Source: Penicillus capitatus
Lineage: Eukaryota; Plantae; Chlorophyta
Length of the DNA: 64,000 nucleotides
Direction of reading: 5' to 3'
Assembly: GCA_965649825.1 (NCBI GenBank)
Contig: OZ287704.1
Coordinates: forward strand, 914,301-978,300
Shown here: positions 1 through 12,531 of the stretch, piece after piece
Layout: every line of letters starts with the position of its first letter
How positions within the stretch are numbered: the first letter of the stretch is position 1
Notes under the pieces: model-generated
Database searches by the model: none
What the model was told of the DNA's origin: nothing
Seen by the model: the letters and a program-made list of their open reading frames with translations, nothing else
Made by a program: the position numbers and the translations under genes

Positions 1-957
1 GAGATCCACTGAAAAGCACAACCGATTGGCACGCTGTGTTGCCCAAGGATATGTCTTTTCCTGAAGATATCATCAAATCGACACGTCCTGGTCCAGAGAC
101 AGAGTCATACATGATAAGCATGCGCCACCAGTTCGGTTGCACAGCAGAGCAAGGCACTGTGAAAATGCGAATTGCGCAGTCGCTGCATCACTGTCTTACG
201 CATAACGGAAACAATGGGCGACTCCGTATCCTTTATGTCGCCTTCGATCAGTCTCTGTAAAATCCCATGAAGCAATCTGTCATTGTATCCCAACCATCCA
301 CTTGGGTCACACTCCCATATGTTATCCATTCATCACCTGTAGTAAAGGTATAGGGCTATTTTGGCTTCTTTTCCTTCAAAAAGTCGTTGCACGAATCCCT
401 TGGCGTGATTCACAACCGGCACCTCCACCACCGATGTGTCACATCATCTCCACCGCCCGTCCACGAATCTCACCGTCAGGTCTTCGTTTCGATTGGATCC
501 TCTCAGAATGGCAAAGAGTGCGTGTGGCGATTCCTTGTCCTGATGCGTATCTCTTCAGATTCTCCGTTTCTCGCCGCCTTGTCTTACCATGGAAGAATGC
601 AAAGCGTGGAGCCAGGTTTGCAATGGGCGCATTTCCAAAGGTCTCGTCGTCGATGTCGTCCATCAGTCGCGCTTTATCGAGTGTGACGAAATGACAAGGA
701 AGCGATGTTGGTTCAAAAACGGACGAAGTTCGACATATGGGTTGAGATTGTACGACGTGCTGCGACGGTACGTAGCCTTCGAAGGAATCTGGTTGGATTT
801 CTATCGCTTCGTCTATTTTGGTCGTCGCTGTTTCCGCAGTGCGAGTCGCCGAGCGTAGAACGCGTCCTCGTCTGTTTCGCTTTTTGAGCGACGTCGGCCA
901 TCCGTTCTTTGTACATAGACATTCACATCGTCGGCAAGTGTTCGCGACGTCGTACAT
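1..957 (-). CDS. Retinoblastoma-related (RB_A pocket domain) protein, 5' part; continues beyond left edge
   Basis: Manual splicing gives ...LQTWLHALHSSM|DKESPHALFAILRGSNRNEDLT|VPVVNHAKGFVQRLFEGKEAKIALYLYYR|LLHGILQRL...LRNSHFHSALLCCATELVAHAYH|EKTYPW, which follows RB_A motifs in order (W-L; P-S-x-x-L; LYYRVL; FHxxLLAC-x-x-E-x-V; FPW). Start codon uncertain. Confidence 0.65.
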
Positions 958-1309
958 AGGTCGTTCTCATGTCTTCCTCGTTCTTTACTATCTTCGAAAG
1001 CGACTTGTCCCTTTCTCTGACCGGAGTCCAGAAAAACTTACGAACATCCTGGAAGCCAGAAGCGCAGCAGAGTGCTTTGGCGGCATCCACACAACAGCCG
1101 TCATCGAACAGCGGCAACAAATCGCAAATGTACGAACGCGATTCGATGATGGAGACTCAATATGAAAGAAGGTGTGTTTCTAGCTCCGGTCAGTTGCAAC
1201 AGATTGAGGATGTTGATTGGAAAAGCGGGACGTCTTTACATGATGTGCCACGAACAACGAAAAGAGGACGCGTCGCTGTAGGGTTTCTTTCTCCAGGCAT
1301 CTTTGTTGA

Positions 1310-4300
1310 ATGAGGGTTTCATTAGTGGCTGTTGTTTTTTATACTTCTGCTTTCTAGTGCGTCGCTTGGGCGGGCGCAGCGTGAGAAGTCAAAACGCAAA
1401 ACCCTACAGACGGATATCGACGCACTCCTGGCGCTTAAAGATGCCCTACAGCTGCAAGAGGTATTGCTGGAATGGAATGATACCTCAGATCCATGCGATG
1501 ATGGATGGAAATATGTCATATGCGATTGCGATGGGTTTCCGGACGGCCTTCAAAATGAGCGATCGCATTGCGAGAACTATACGGCAACCGATCAGGATAG
1601 AATTGTATATTTGGAACTCAGAGAAGGCAGTGCACGAGAGAATTATACAAGCTTGCCTGACGCCCTTGGAAATCTCACAGAACTCAGATGGCTTGCCATA
1701 GACTCATTCCTGCTCAATGGTAGCCTTCCGGAAACCTTTGCAAATTTGACGCAGCTGAGATACCTATCGCTGGCTGAGAACACACTAACAGGTGAACTTC
1801 CGGACTTCCTTGCAGACCTGGAATACCTCAAGACACTGAAGCTCCATGCCAACAACTTCACCGGCGAAATACCTAAACGCTGGTGCAAGACAGACTGGGG
1901 ACTCTTCAATCCAGATACCAATGAGACCACCTTTACGATTCACGAAAACCCATTTCTATGTGGTAAACGACCAATGCCATTCTCGTCGTTGCACACACCA
2001 TCTCACACTTTTTTTGTAGGAAAGATTCCCAAGTGTGCTGCCAAGCAGTTGACGAGCATTGTTAACACCTGGCTTTATAATGACGATTTCGAAGCGCTGA
2101 AGAATGAAGGACACAGAGGGGACTGCGATTCAGAAGAACCTGTCTGCAATTCGGACATGGATGGATGCAGGATCCGCACTCCAGAATATTGGACGAATCC
2201 GGAGAACATTAACTTCAATTTTATAAAATTCGAAGATCCAGAAAGTGGCATCGATCATTATGAGTTTAGCATCGGCAGGAATGCAACAACGACTAATGAT
2301 ACTTATGATCTGTCCGATATATTGCCCATGCCAGAAGAAAGCACAGACTCATCCAATCCGTCGGTAGACAAACGCATGCATTCTTTATGGACAGTCGATT
2401 TTGATGTTTTTTTTTGTAATGGACAGAGGAACGAGATCGGTGAGGATTCCGTGATTAAAGTTCAGTTCAACTCGACCGAGTGGGACAAAGGATTTGTTGA
2501 GGGGCAAACATACATCGTTATCCTCAGGGCCTTCAATGGAGCAGGGCCTCCGCTCAATGCGACGATAAACAGCACACAAGTGATCGTGGATTTCTCGCCC
2601 CCAGTGTTCGAAAAAGTCTTCAACACGTACGTATGTCTATCACGTGATATGTGTCCAAGACTGGAGGATTGACGATTTGCAAATGCATCTGTAGACTTGA
2701 AGGGAGGACGGTACCCAATATGGAGTATGGATCGCCAATTGGAGCATCCTGGGACGTTGTCATTGACCCGCATACTAATGTCTGTAGACATACTTGACAA
2801 GCCTCGCATGCATTTGTGCGATTTTTAGGTGACCCATCTTTCTATTGCACTCGAGAGACGAGCGGCTCAAGAAGCGAATGGCACAGTGGAACACTTTGAA
2901 TTTGTCGAAAAACGTGACATCTCAGCAAACGCGACCAACGCGACGTTTGAAAAGACGGATGTGCGAGTACGGTGCGGATGTCGAAGATCTGCGGGGACGA
3001 CTGTGTGTTGGCAGGAAGGGGGTATATACCGTTTCAATCTGACAGCAACCAATGAAGCAGGACTCGTTGCATACCGAGTTTCATCCGCATTTCTTGTCAA
3101 CAAGTCAAAAGGGTGGTGCGTCCTTTCTCCAGCCCATGCATGCAACGTTGATAACAGATGCCGTTTTCTGCAGGACTCTCATCGGTATACACCCGGGCTT
3201 GTTTCTGGGGATCATTCTTCCGGTTATTGTGACAGTGATTGCCGTTATCTGCTACATTGCCATTCGCCGATTTTTCAGTTCTAACACTCTCGACCTTCAT
3301 CTGTACATGAAGGAATACGTCCATGAGCTCATGGGGATGACAGATGACGAGTTGTATGCAGCTCCGACTTCACAAGAAAACGACGAAAATCTTGCCCTTG
3401 TTGTGACAGGCACCCCGATTCCTTTCTTACAAACCATTATGCACAATGACTCTTTTTCAGATATCGAAGACTCTACAGCTCAGTCTGAGCGAAGCGATCA
3501 GTTGTTCAAGGAACTGATAAGCACGCACAATCAAGTACTGTCTTCCTTGCTATCAGCACGCGCTGGGATGATGCATTAGATTGTCGACGATCTGTCACGC
3601 AAGTTTGGAGGGTGTGAAGTTTGCCAGGAAGGAGATTCATTCACCATTGCTTTCCCTTCCATTACCAAAGCTGTCAATTTTGCATTGACTGCACAAGAAG
3701 AGTAAGATCCCTCCCTCTGAGTCAAACGCTGTTTGCATTGAGTGCACAGACTCTTGCGTCATCCCTGGAGGAAAGAGATACTTCGCTTGCCTGGCTGCCA
3801 TCCTGTGAAAACCGCCAATGGAACTGTCACTCTGTCAGGCGTACGCGTCAGAATGGGAATCCATTGGGCATCGATTCATGGCGTTTGCATGAAAAATCAC
3901 AGACTCTTTGACGCGAATTTGATCAAAGGTCCCGTCGTGGACCTCACAAAAGCAATTGCCGATGCAGGTTTGTTGCTCGCTTGAGAAGAGAACACACGGT
4001 AGGGAACATGCTGTCGATGAAGGTCATGGAGGTCAGGTTTTGTTAACACAGGCTGCTTGGATGCAGCTGTATCCGGTCATCTGTCTTTGTAAGTTTCCGA
4101 CGGTTTATCATCTGGGGTTGTACAGAAAAACTGGGAGCGAACACACATCTGAACTGCATCTCATTTATTCCATTACAGAATGGTTGGGAACAGGCATCGT
4201 GCGGAATCCTGTAAATTTGCGAAAATTTGAGCAGGTCATCATTCTTTCTCGTCATGCTTTGTCACTTTTTTTGTCTCATTCTTTTGCTTGATAGGTGATT

Positions 4301-6308
4301 AAGGGTTCGGGTTTCAACAGTATCCCTTGTCCAATAGGAGATTCCGACGCCACCTTGGCATTTGTTGCTACTCGATTGGTCACTGCTGGGGACAATCGTC
4401 TTCCTGTGGAGTTGGCAGAGAATCTGTACAGTATCATCGCATCGCAAGCACAATTGTTCCAGGGCTATGTCGTTTCGATTGATAAAAGAAGGGTACCATC
4501 CTCTCTGCGAGCCACGCAGACATTAAGTCCAGAGTGGCATTTTTGCAGGCGCGCTTTTTGGTTGTGTTTACCAAGTCCATTGATGCTGTTCGTTTCACAC
4601 AAGTGTGTCAGCTGAAGCTCGTTTTATGCAAATGGCCAGCTGAAACATCAAAGTTTTTTGGGGAAGAAGTTTTCACGCATTCTCGTCCGCCGATTCCACT
4701 CTTCAACGGCCCTCGAATAGCGATGGCGATACATACCACTGATGCCTTTATGCTGAACGGATTCAGTGGGAATCTGTCCAATGGAAATGCCTCCGGACAG
4801 ATTACGGGTGCCGGTATCACACTTGTCTGCGATCTCGTAGAATTCTGTGATGGTGGACAAGTGGTTCTAACCGAGAAAACATGGCAGAGAACACAACACA
4901 GTCTTCCGGGCCGTCGTAAGATCATCAATCTTGGAAGGCATATTGTCAGCACAAGCAATGCTTCATCAATGCTGTTGATTGAAATGACACCCTATATGCT
5001 GTCCGCTAGACAGTTTAAGCCGTTTGATGCTCTCGAGCAGACGGAAATGGGGTATCACAATGCACCGCCGATCAATCGACCGTTTACTGCTGCTTTTGTC
5101 GCTGTTAATAAGCCACGACAAGTTGTTATGGCCGAAAGAGAATGTGGATCTGATCAAAGTCAGGCTGCTCTGGATGCGAAGCCCGAAGCATTGATTGTCT
5201 ACGAACAGGCACTGGAACTTTATGCTGATCTCCTTCGACGGAGTTTGAAAATGTTCGAGGGATACGAGAGCAAGCAATTGAGCCCGGGAAGATTCTTTAT
5301 CGTCTTCTCGGGATTCAAGGATGCCATTCTATGGGCCTGTTATTTTCAATCAGAAATGCTCGAGCTTCCATGGCCAGAGAAACTGCTGGATATGGACGAA
5401 TGCAGTACACAGCACTGTCCCTTCACACATCGAGTGCTGCGAAGAGGATTGGGGCTGAGAGTTGGAATGGCCAATGGCCGTGCAGCATTCAAGGCTCCAA
5501 CCAAAACAGGCCAAGCTGATTACTACGGCGTCGTCACAAACTTAGCATCTCGTGTATTGTACATTGCCGCTCCAGGTCAAATCCTCATTCAACCAGGAGA
5601 TGGATTCTCGGATCTCCCGGTACGATGGATCAAACTGGATAAATTCTCTGGAGAGGAAGTAGGCATCCTCTCTTTCCCAGATAGCAAGGATGGCGTATCC
5701 ATGCAAGAACTGGCAGTCGAAATCGTACACGTCGGAAGCTTCTTGGCAAAAGGCATTACAGAACTGACAACAGTGTATCAGGTGGTGGGACGTTTCTTCA
5801 TTGAGAGGCGGATGTAGGATCACATTCTCATTGTTCTCTTTAGGCACAAGTATCATCTCTAGCTGTCCGCCAAATGTCAAAGATTAATGATAGCTTAACA
5901 GACGGCTCCACTCTGAGTCACAGACCTATTCGAAACCCATTCCTCTCGTCCAGGCTGTTTGGATGGGTCAAAGATGTCATGTGGCAGCTGCAGTATTCCC
6001 TCTCTGATTGGTCCATCAGAAAAAATCGCCACCACATGTCTCCTTCCTTTTCAGCGATCGCCTCATTCATGACTCGAGAGTTGTGTGTGTCTGTTAGGTT
6101 TTCTCCCTCATATCTGCATTCGATGAGTGACCAAAATGGATTGATGAGTCGAATGTCTGGTTGCGCTGCTCTGGAATTTGGCGCATCTTCTCGACAGAAC
6201 AAAGATCTCTCCAGTCAGACATACGAAATGTCTCACTTGCGCCGCGGTATCTACGCACCTTCAGGTTCAGGACTGGGGGGCTTGACTCCGGCAGATGATC
6301 AAGTGTAA
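1310..6308 (+). CDS. Receptor-like LRR / Fn3-like / TM / triple class III nucleotidyl cyclase protein, paralog 1 (multi-exon)
   Basis: Hydrophobic leader, LRR N-cap (DPCDDGWKYVIC), LRRs (LGNLTELRWLAIDSFLLNGSLP), DPESGI and NGAG Fn3-like motifs, TM (LFLGIILPVIVTVIAVICYIAI, about 3200-3265), then three cyclase-like units (VVT|DIEDST, EGDSFTIAF, VRVRMGIH, GGQVLL; GPRIAMAIH; ADYYGVVTNLASRV). ATG at 1310 is out of frame by one T in the T6 run at 1335-1340. Confidence 0.85.
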
Positions 6309-6573
6309 TGGACAAGTTTCGCAGTTGCTCTTAGAGTGTGATGTGACAGCGCCAATCCAATTCTGCCTCAAGTGATTCGTTCGCCGTTACTTAGCGTTCG
6401 ACGTCCACGACTCGTAGAATCACTCACCATCACGTACGTTCGTTTCTTCGTTCACGCTCAAAGTAATGTCACTTCTGTTGATAGTATCGACTTCAGCGCC
6501 CTTTTCATTTGCGTATAGACCTTGTTCTACTGCACGTGCGCCTTTGTTTTTGGTGTGCAGCTGCGTTGGGGTT

Positions 6574-9500
6574 ATGCCTGACCTAAACAGGCAGCTTCTT
6601 GCGTCACTTCAGCGACGCCGACGTTACAGACGACACCACTTTCCGGTAATTCCCTCCCCTTTCCATTCATTCCCTGCGTCATACCCAGCACTACTCATCT
6701 TATTGTTTTTCGGGACAGGTGTTCGAGTTTCCTTGCATTCTTTTGTTGTTTCTTGGTATTTCCAGCGTTATGTCTCAATCTGAACTTAGTGGGGAGGACG
6801 AGCCCGTGCCCACTTACCAAAAAGACAAGACAGCACTGTTGAACATCAAAGCGGCGTTGCAGGAGAGTCTCGTAGGCAATCGATCGATCCTCGAGAATTG
6901 GACAGAAGATTCGGACCCATGCATAAACGGCTGGAGTCTTGTTTTCTGCGATTGCCTGACAGCGCGTCCTGTTCTCCCTGCCATCACCAACAACTCAGAC
7001 AGCACGTTCTGTACGAATTATACAGAACCAGACGGCACACGGCGTGTTGTTGCCCTATATTTCAGAGGAGGGACGGTAACGGAGGAAAAGTATTCGGGAA
7101 ATCTCACCAGTGTCATTGGAGATCTTGACCGTCTGAGTTACCTTGATCTAAGACAGAATGCATTTGTGGGAGACATTCCAGATTCCTTCTCAAGTCTCGT
7201 CCACCTGAAGTTCCTCTCTATGGCGGAAAATCAACTGACCGGAACGATTCCAGCATACTTCAAAAGATTTAGGCAGCTTGTGCGGCTGGAACTCAATGAC
7301 AATGATTTTAGTGGACCCCTTCCTGAGATTGCATGTGGAAGAGGACATCGTGGAGATGAAGATCCTCAGCTGTATAGAATCGTGGTCTCTGGAAACGCTG
7401 GACTCTGTGGCGATGTGCCAAGCTGTATGCAAAGAAAAGTCGTTAATGTGAATGGCACGGCGCTTAAGCATCCCGAATACGATTTCAATCAGGCGACCAG
7501 CGGAGTCTGTGATGTGACACCACCTGTTTGCGAGAGACACGAAGGATGTCAAGTCTCGATACCCGAATACTGGACGAATCCAAACAATATCAGTTTTACG
7601 TTCACGCCCTTCACCGATCCAGAGTCTGATATTAAAGGATATGATTTTCAGCTGAGGCAAGTGGCTGGTGTAAACGTAGAACCCTTCAATCTCTCCACTG
7701 CCGTTGTTATCAATATTTCAGACAGCCAACTCGACATCAAAAACACGACGGAGGAGAGGAAAGTGGGAGGGCAGACGATGAATCTTGTGGTCTACCTTGT
7801 GTCGATCAATGAGGCCAACATCACTGGGAGTCTGCAAGCCGGTGTGGAGTACAGTGTGAGTGTCATAGCCACCAACAACGCTGGACCTCCTCTCCAATAC
7901 AACATCACCAAGGAGCGTGTGAAATATGACCCTACAGAACCGGAGAAGACTGATTTTTTCAACACGTTGGCTGGTCCCTCTCTGCTCGACCATTGAATTT
8001 CGCGCCTTCTAGGCCCAATAAGACGAATAGTGACAAACAAGACGATAATGGATTGCTTGGGGTGTCGTGGAACGAAACCTTAAGGGATGTAGAGTCGGGT
8101 ATCAAGAGCATTCGATTGGCCGTATGCACACACACGCTACCAGAAGAAGACTGCGATGGTGTCTACACCGTGAATGTGACGATACTGGGAGAAGGGGAGA
8201 ACACCACCACTGTTGAAAAGATACGTCAGGAAAACGCCATTGCAGAGGAGACTGAAGGGGGGAATATTACTGTGGAGGACACAAGAACTCACTGGATTAT
8301 TAAGAAAGAAGATGCAAAACTTACGGTGTTTTTGACCTCATCACCACGCGTGCAGCATTTTGTTTGACAGGTGGGTCGAAGCTATAGGTATAAACTGGAG
8401 GTCACAAATGGAGCTGGTCTGCAGAGAGTACTCGAATCGACGGAGTTCGAATTGACTCATCGTGGTTCCAAGTTGTCTTTCTTTTGGCATCTCTGTGCTG
8501 ATGTAACACCTCTCTCTGTCTGCAGCTTTGTGGAGAAACTCCGCTACGTTGTCATCGCTGCTGCTGTATTTGTCTTCGGCGCAATCACTACAGCTGCACT
8601 TGTCTATTTCACATCCAAGATCCGAAAGAGAACGCAATTTAATGCAGATGAACATCTCAAGGCTTTTATGTACCATGTCATGGATTCCTCGGAGGAAGAT
8701 GTCAGCACCTCTTCAGTGCCTATCAATGATCAACAGGAGTTGGCATTCGTCATTACAGGTTACTTCTGAGCATATCATGTGGGTATCTGATAAACCTTTA
8801 TGCTTTGGTAGATGAGGAAGCATCCACCGAACAATCGCGAGTGAACGAATCGGCGTTCAAAGAGTTGAGGGACATTCACGACATGGTCGGTGTCCCATTG
8901 GCCAAACCATCTGCTGGAGAATGCGTTTGCTATGGTGTTTAGATTATTCGTGATACGTATGAAGAGTATCTCGGCTATGAGATTATCACAGAAGGCGATT
9001 CTTTTCAGCTGGCATTCAGCACTGTCTCTAATGCCATCCGCTTCTGTGTTGAAGTGCAGCACAAGTTTCTGGAGTTTCGATGGAGTCCAGATATCCTCCG
9101 TCTGCCCAGCTGCAATGTCGTGAAGGATGACCGCGGAAAAGACATCATTTTCCGAGGTCCTCGTGTACGCATGGCTGTGCATTGGGCCAAAAAGGAGCTG
9201 GTGACCAACCGAGTGCATTCCTTCACCAAGCATCGAATATTCGAGGGGCCAGCTTTTGAGACGGCCAAGGAATTGTGCGATGCAGCATTCGGTGGACAAA
9301 TTTTGATGAGCCATGAAGCATGGGTGCATTTCGGAAACGATTTTTCCACAGCCGGCTTTCCAACGATCGAACTCCTGGGATCCTATCAAATGCTTAGATG
9401 GCCAGAAGCAATGTTCATCTACAACATAACACAACGTGTGGGCAAGAAACTGAACCGATCCTTTCCTTACCTGCGAGACTTGCAATGCGTCGTAAGCTCC

Positions 9501-12059
9501 ATCCATCTGCACGAGAGGACATCGCGGGACAGCACTGAGAGATCTCGTATGGCAGGTTTCAAGAGAGAAGAGCGTGAACATTATTGCCCCACCAAAACCA
9601 GACAACAAAGGCGCATTGACATTCGCAGCACTGAAACTGCAAACCATGACAGATGACCCTGAAAGCCCAGTGATTGAAATAACATTCGATATCATTGCCT
9701 GTCATGCGCAGCATTTTCTGGGACATATCTTCCGAATAGATCGAAACGAAGTAGGATCCGTTCTGTATACACAAAGAAGGCTGAATCGAATGATTGGTGA
9801 TCGTGGTGATGCAGAAAGAGGTCCTTGTCTCATTTGGCGCTACTATTGATGCCGTGCGTTTTGCCTACGTCATTCAGATGGCATTGGTCTTACATTCATG
9901 GCCTGTCGAAGTGACGGCCGTGTGTGGCCCCACAATCCCTGGTCCAGAGCAGATCCCTCTTTTCCACGGACCACGTGTTTCTATCGGAATTCATCAGACT
10001 CAGAGCTTCGGAATCAGTCTCAGTTCCAGCAAAACAGATCCAGGTAGCCAAGTAACAGACTATGCAGGCCACGGTATTTCATTTGCTCGCCGATTGGCTG
10101 CCGTGGCACATGGTGGGCAGATCATCTTGTCAGGTCGTACGTGGACAACAGTACAGAATTCACTTTCCTATCGTTCACAGGTCTTCTCCTTTTTCTCCTA
10201 TCAAACGACAGCGATGATGTGCTGAGACATGTGTGTGTGTTCTGTCTGTCTAGACATTGAATCTCGGCAAACATATACTGGATGATGAGTATAACCATCC
10301 CGTTTGGTTGTTCGAGCTGTTGCCGGTAGATCTGAAAGACCGGAATTTTCCGATTGTCAAGACCAAGGATCAAATTGAATCGGGGTACAGAGATTCCCCA
10401 TCCATTGACGATAACATTGCCATCGTCTTTGCAAAAGTGGATAAGCCACGGGTAAGATACAGGCACGATGGATGATCTCTCGGATCCATCTCTGTGTGGC
10501 ATTGGCAGCTCATTCGGCGCTTCGAAGAGCGAAAAGATGTTGCAGATGTGTCTGAACAGGAGATGCACGATGCGCTGTCGGTGTATTATCAGTCTGTTAG
10601 TATTTTCTCGACAATTGTGCGCAAGCGGTTGAAGAGCTACAACGGTTATGAGTGCAAAGAACCAGAAATGGGAAAATTCACGCTTGCATTTGCTGAGCTG
10701 AAGAACGCCATTCTGTGGGCATGTCATGTACATTCAGAAATGCTGGCACTGGATTGGCCGATGAAGCTGTTGACATTGGAAGAATGCCAAGCCGTCCTGC
10801 GTCTTGGCAGAGTGGTTCATAGAGGATTGAGGGTCAAGATTGGCATGGCCTATGGTAAAGTCTTCGATAAACGTCCCATCAACACAGGACGCGCCGATTA
10901 CTTTGGAGCCATACCGAATCTGGCAGCTCGGGTTTCATCTCTGGCACGACCGGGGCAAGTTCTCATCCATTCCAGCACAAACTTCGACAAGAGAGATATT
11001 GTGTGGATGAGCAACGATGCAGGACTTATGCTCTATGATGAACCATTGGAACCAGCAATCGATGGAGCGTCCGAAGTAGCTGTGGAAATATCCAAGTTGG
11101 GAATGTTCCTGCTTCGGAGCTTCAACGAACTCAAAATGCTTTATCAAGTATCACGACGCACCACCCATTCTTCCCTTCTGCCATGTCTGATGGCGCCATC
11201 TGTGTGGGATTTTAGGCACAGCCTGCGTCTGTAGCCACACCAGAACGCTTCGGCAGTACAGATGTGGCAAGTATGTACAGTACAGATACGCATCATCGTG
11301 TACCGAATACCATGTCAAGATTCTTCAATCACTTGCGATTCAAGAACATCTTGACAAGACATATTCCGGAACCATCCTCTTTTCTAAGCATCACCAGTTA
11401 CCCACATGGTTTTGGTGGAACCGCCTCTCATTCGCAACCTGGAGTGTTTCGTCCTGTGAGCCCACCTCTCTTTCCGTCTGGTCTTCCACCTGGAGAGATG
11501 GCTGCAATGGGAAGTGGCAAGAACGGAGAAACCATACATCTGGAAACGATACGTTCACAACAGACGGATGGCCATGGAGATAATCAATCAGGCAGTGACC
11601 TGGAGAATCTCATCAAACTCTCTCCTCGTTCGCCCATTAACCTCAACGGTTCCCATAACGCCGCATCATCAACGCACAGTACCCATGGATCCAGTTCGTA
11701 TGTTACACAACCATTGCTCCCTGCCGGAGAAAGACAGTCTGAGATCTCACCACAGATAACGAAAATGGATTCCTTGAATTCAGATGACTGCATCGTGTCC
11801 TTTGGAACAAACGAATCTGCTTACAAAGTCATTCCCCCTGCTCAATCACTAGGAACAAGCGACGATGACACAACACCAGCTGATTATGGAAATCGACTGG
11901 CAACACTGTACTCAAATGTTACAGGTAAGGACATACATCTTTTGTTGTCATCACACATGTATTCTCTGTCTGATGTTGGGTCGTGTAGGAGCAAACAGCA
12001 CTGCACAGGAATTCTCGTTTGTTAAAAATCAGAAACCCGACGCATCGGATGCAAATTGA
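6574..12059 (+). CDS. Receptor-like LRR / Fn3-like / TM / triple class III nucleotidyl cyclase protein, paralog 2 (multi-exon)
   Basis: Same architecture as paralog 1: DPCINGWSLVFC, LRRs, DPESDI and DVESGI motifs, TM (YVVIAAAVFVFGAITTAALVYF), cyclase units (VIT|DEEAST, EGDSFQLAF, GPRVRMAVH; GPRVSIGIH; ADYFGAIPNLAARV), Ser-rich tail. ATG 6574 joins 6719 through a phase-0 intron; stop 12057-12059 follows the intron starting gtaagg at about 11926. Confidence 0.85.
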
Positions 12060-12531
12060 CGATGATGGAGATTGCTATTTGTTTCTTAGACGCACGCAAT
12101 CCGTCACATTTGTGAACCCTCGAAATCATGATGTATGTGTCTTTTCTGTTTCTGCATACAAACTGAGAGTGCTGGTCGATTTCGTAAATGGCTCTTCTGT
12201 TGCGAAAGAACGTGCACCACTAAGCTCACTGGATTTGCCATGTCAAGATTCTCGACAACTCTTTCCAGACACCTGTGTAGAGCATACATATATTATCAGT
12301 CTGAAGCACGATTGCATGGAATCCCTCTCGATTCCCAGGGGCGGTTCCTTCGGCAGGACAATGATGATGACTATTGTTTGTCCTTACATGCAAGATGTTG
12401 CTGAACATGCAGTTTGCTTATAGCAGTTATACATACGCGTCTTCTCAAACTCAGTTGTGTAACCAACTATTCCTTTGACATGCACGCACTTACTGATGGA
12501 CACGTCATCACCATCACTGTCAGTCAGTCAG

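Noticed and set aside
2364-2426. Odd peptide stretches inside long ORFs (for example VDKRMHSLWTVDFDVFFCNGQ)
   Set aside because: In-frame read-through of ordinary GT-AG introns, not inteins or inserted domains.
12019-12423. 134-aa ORF after LRR-cyclase 2
   Set aside because: Overlaps the spliced stop in another frame and lies in the probable 3' UTR before a TGTAA; no motif.
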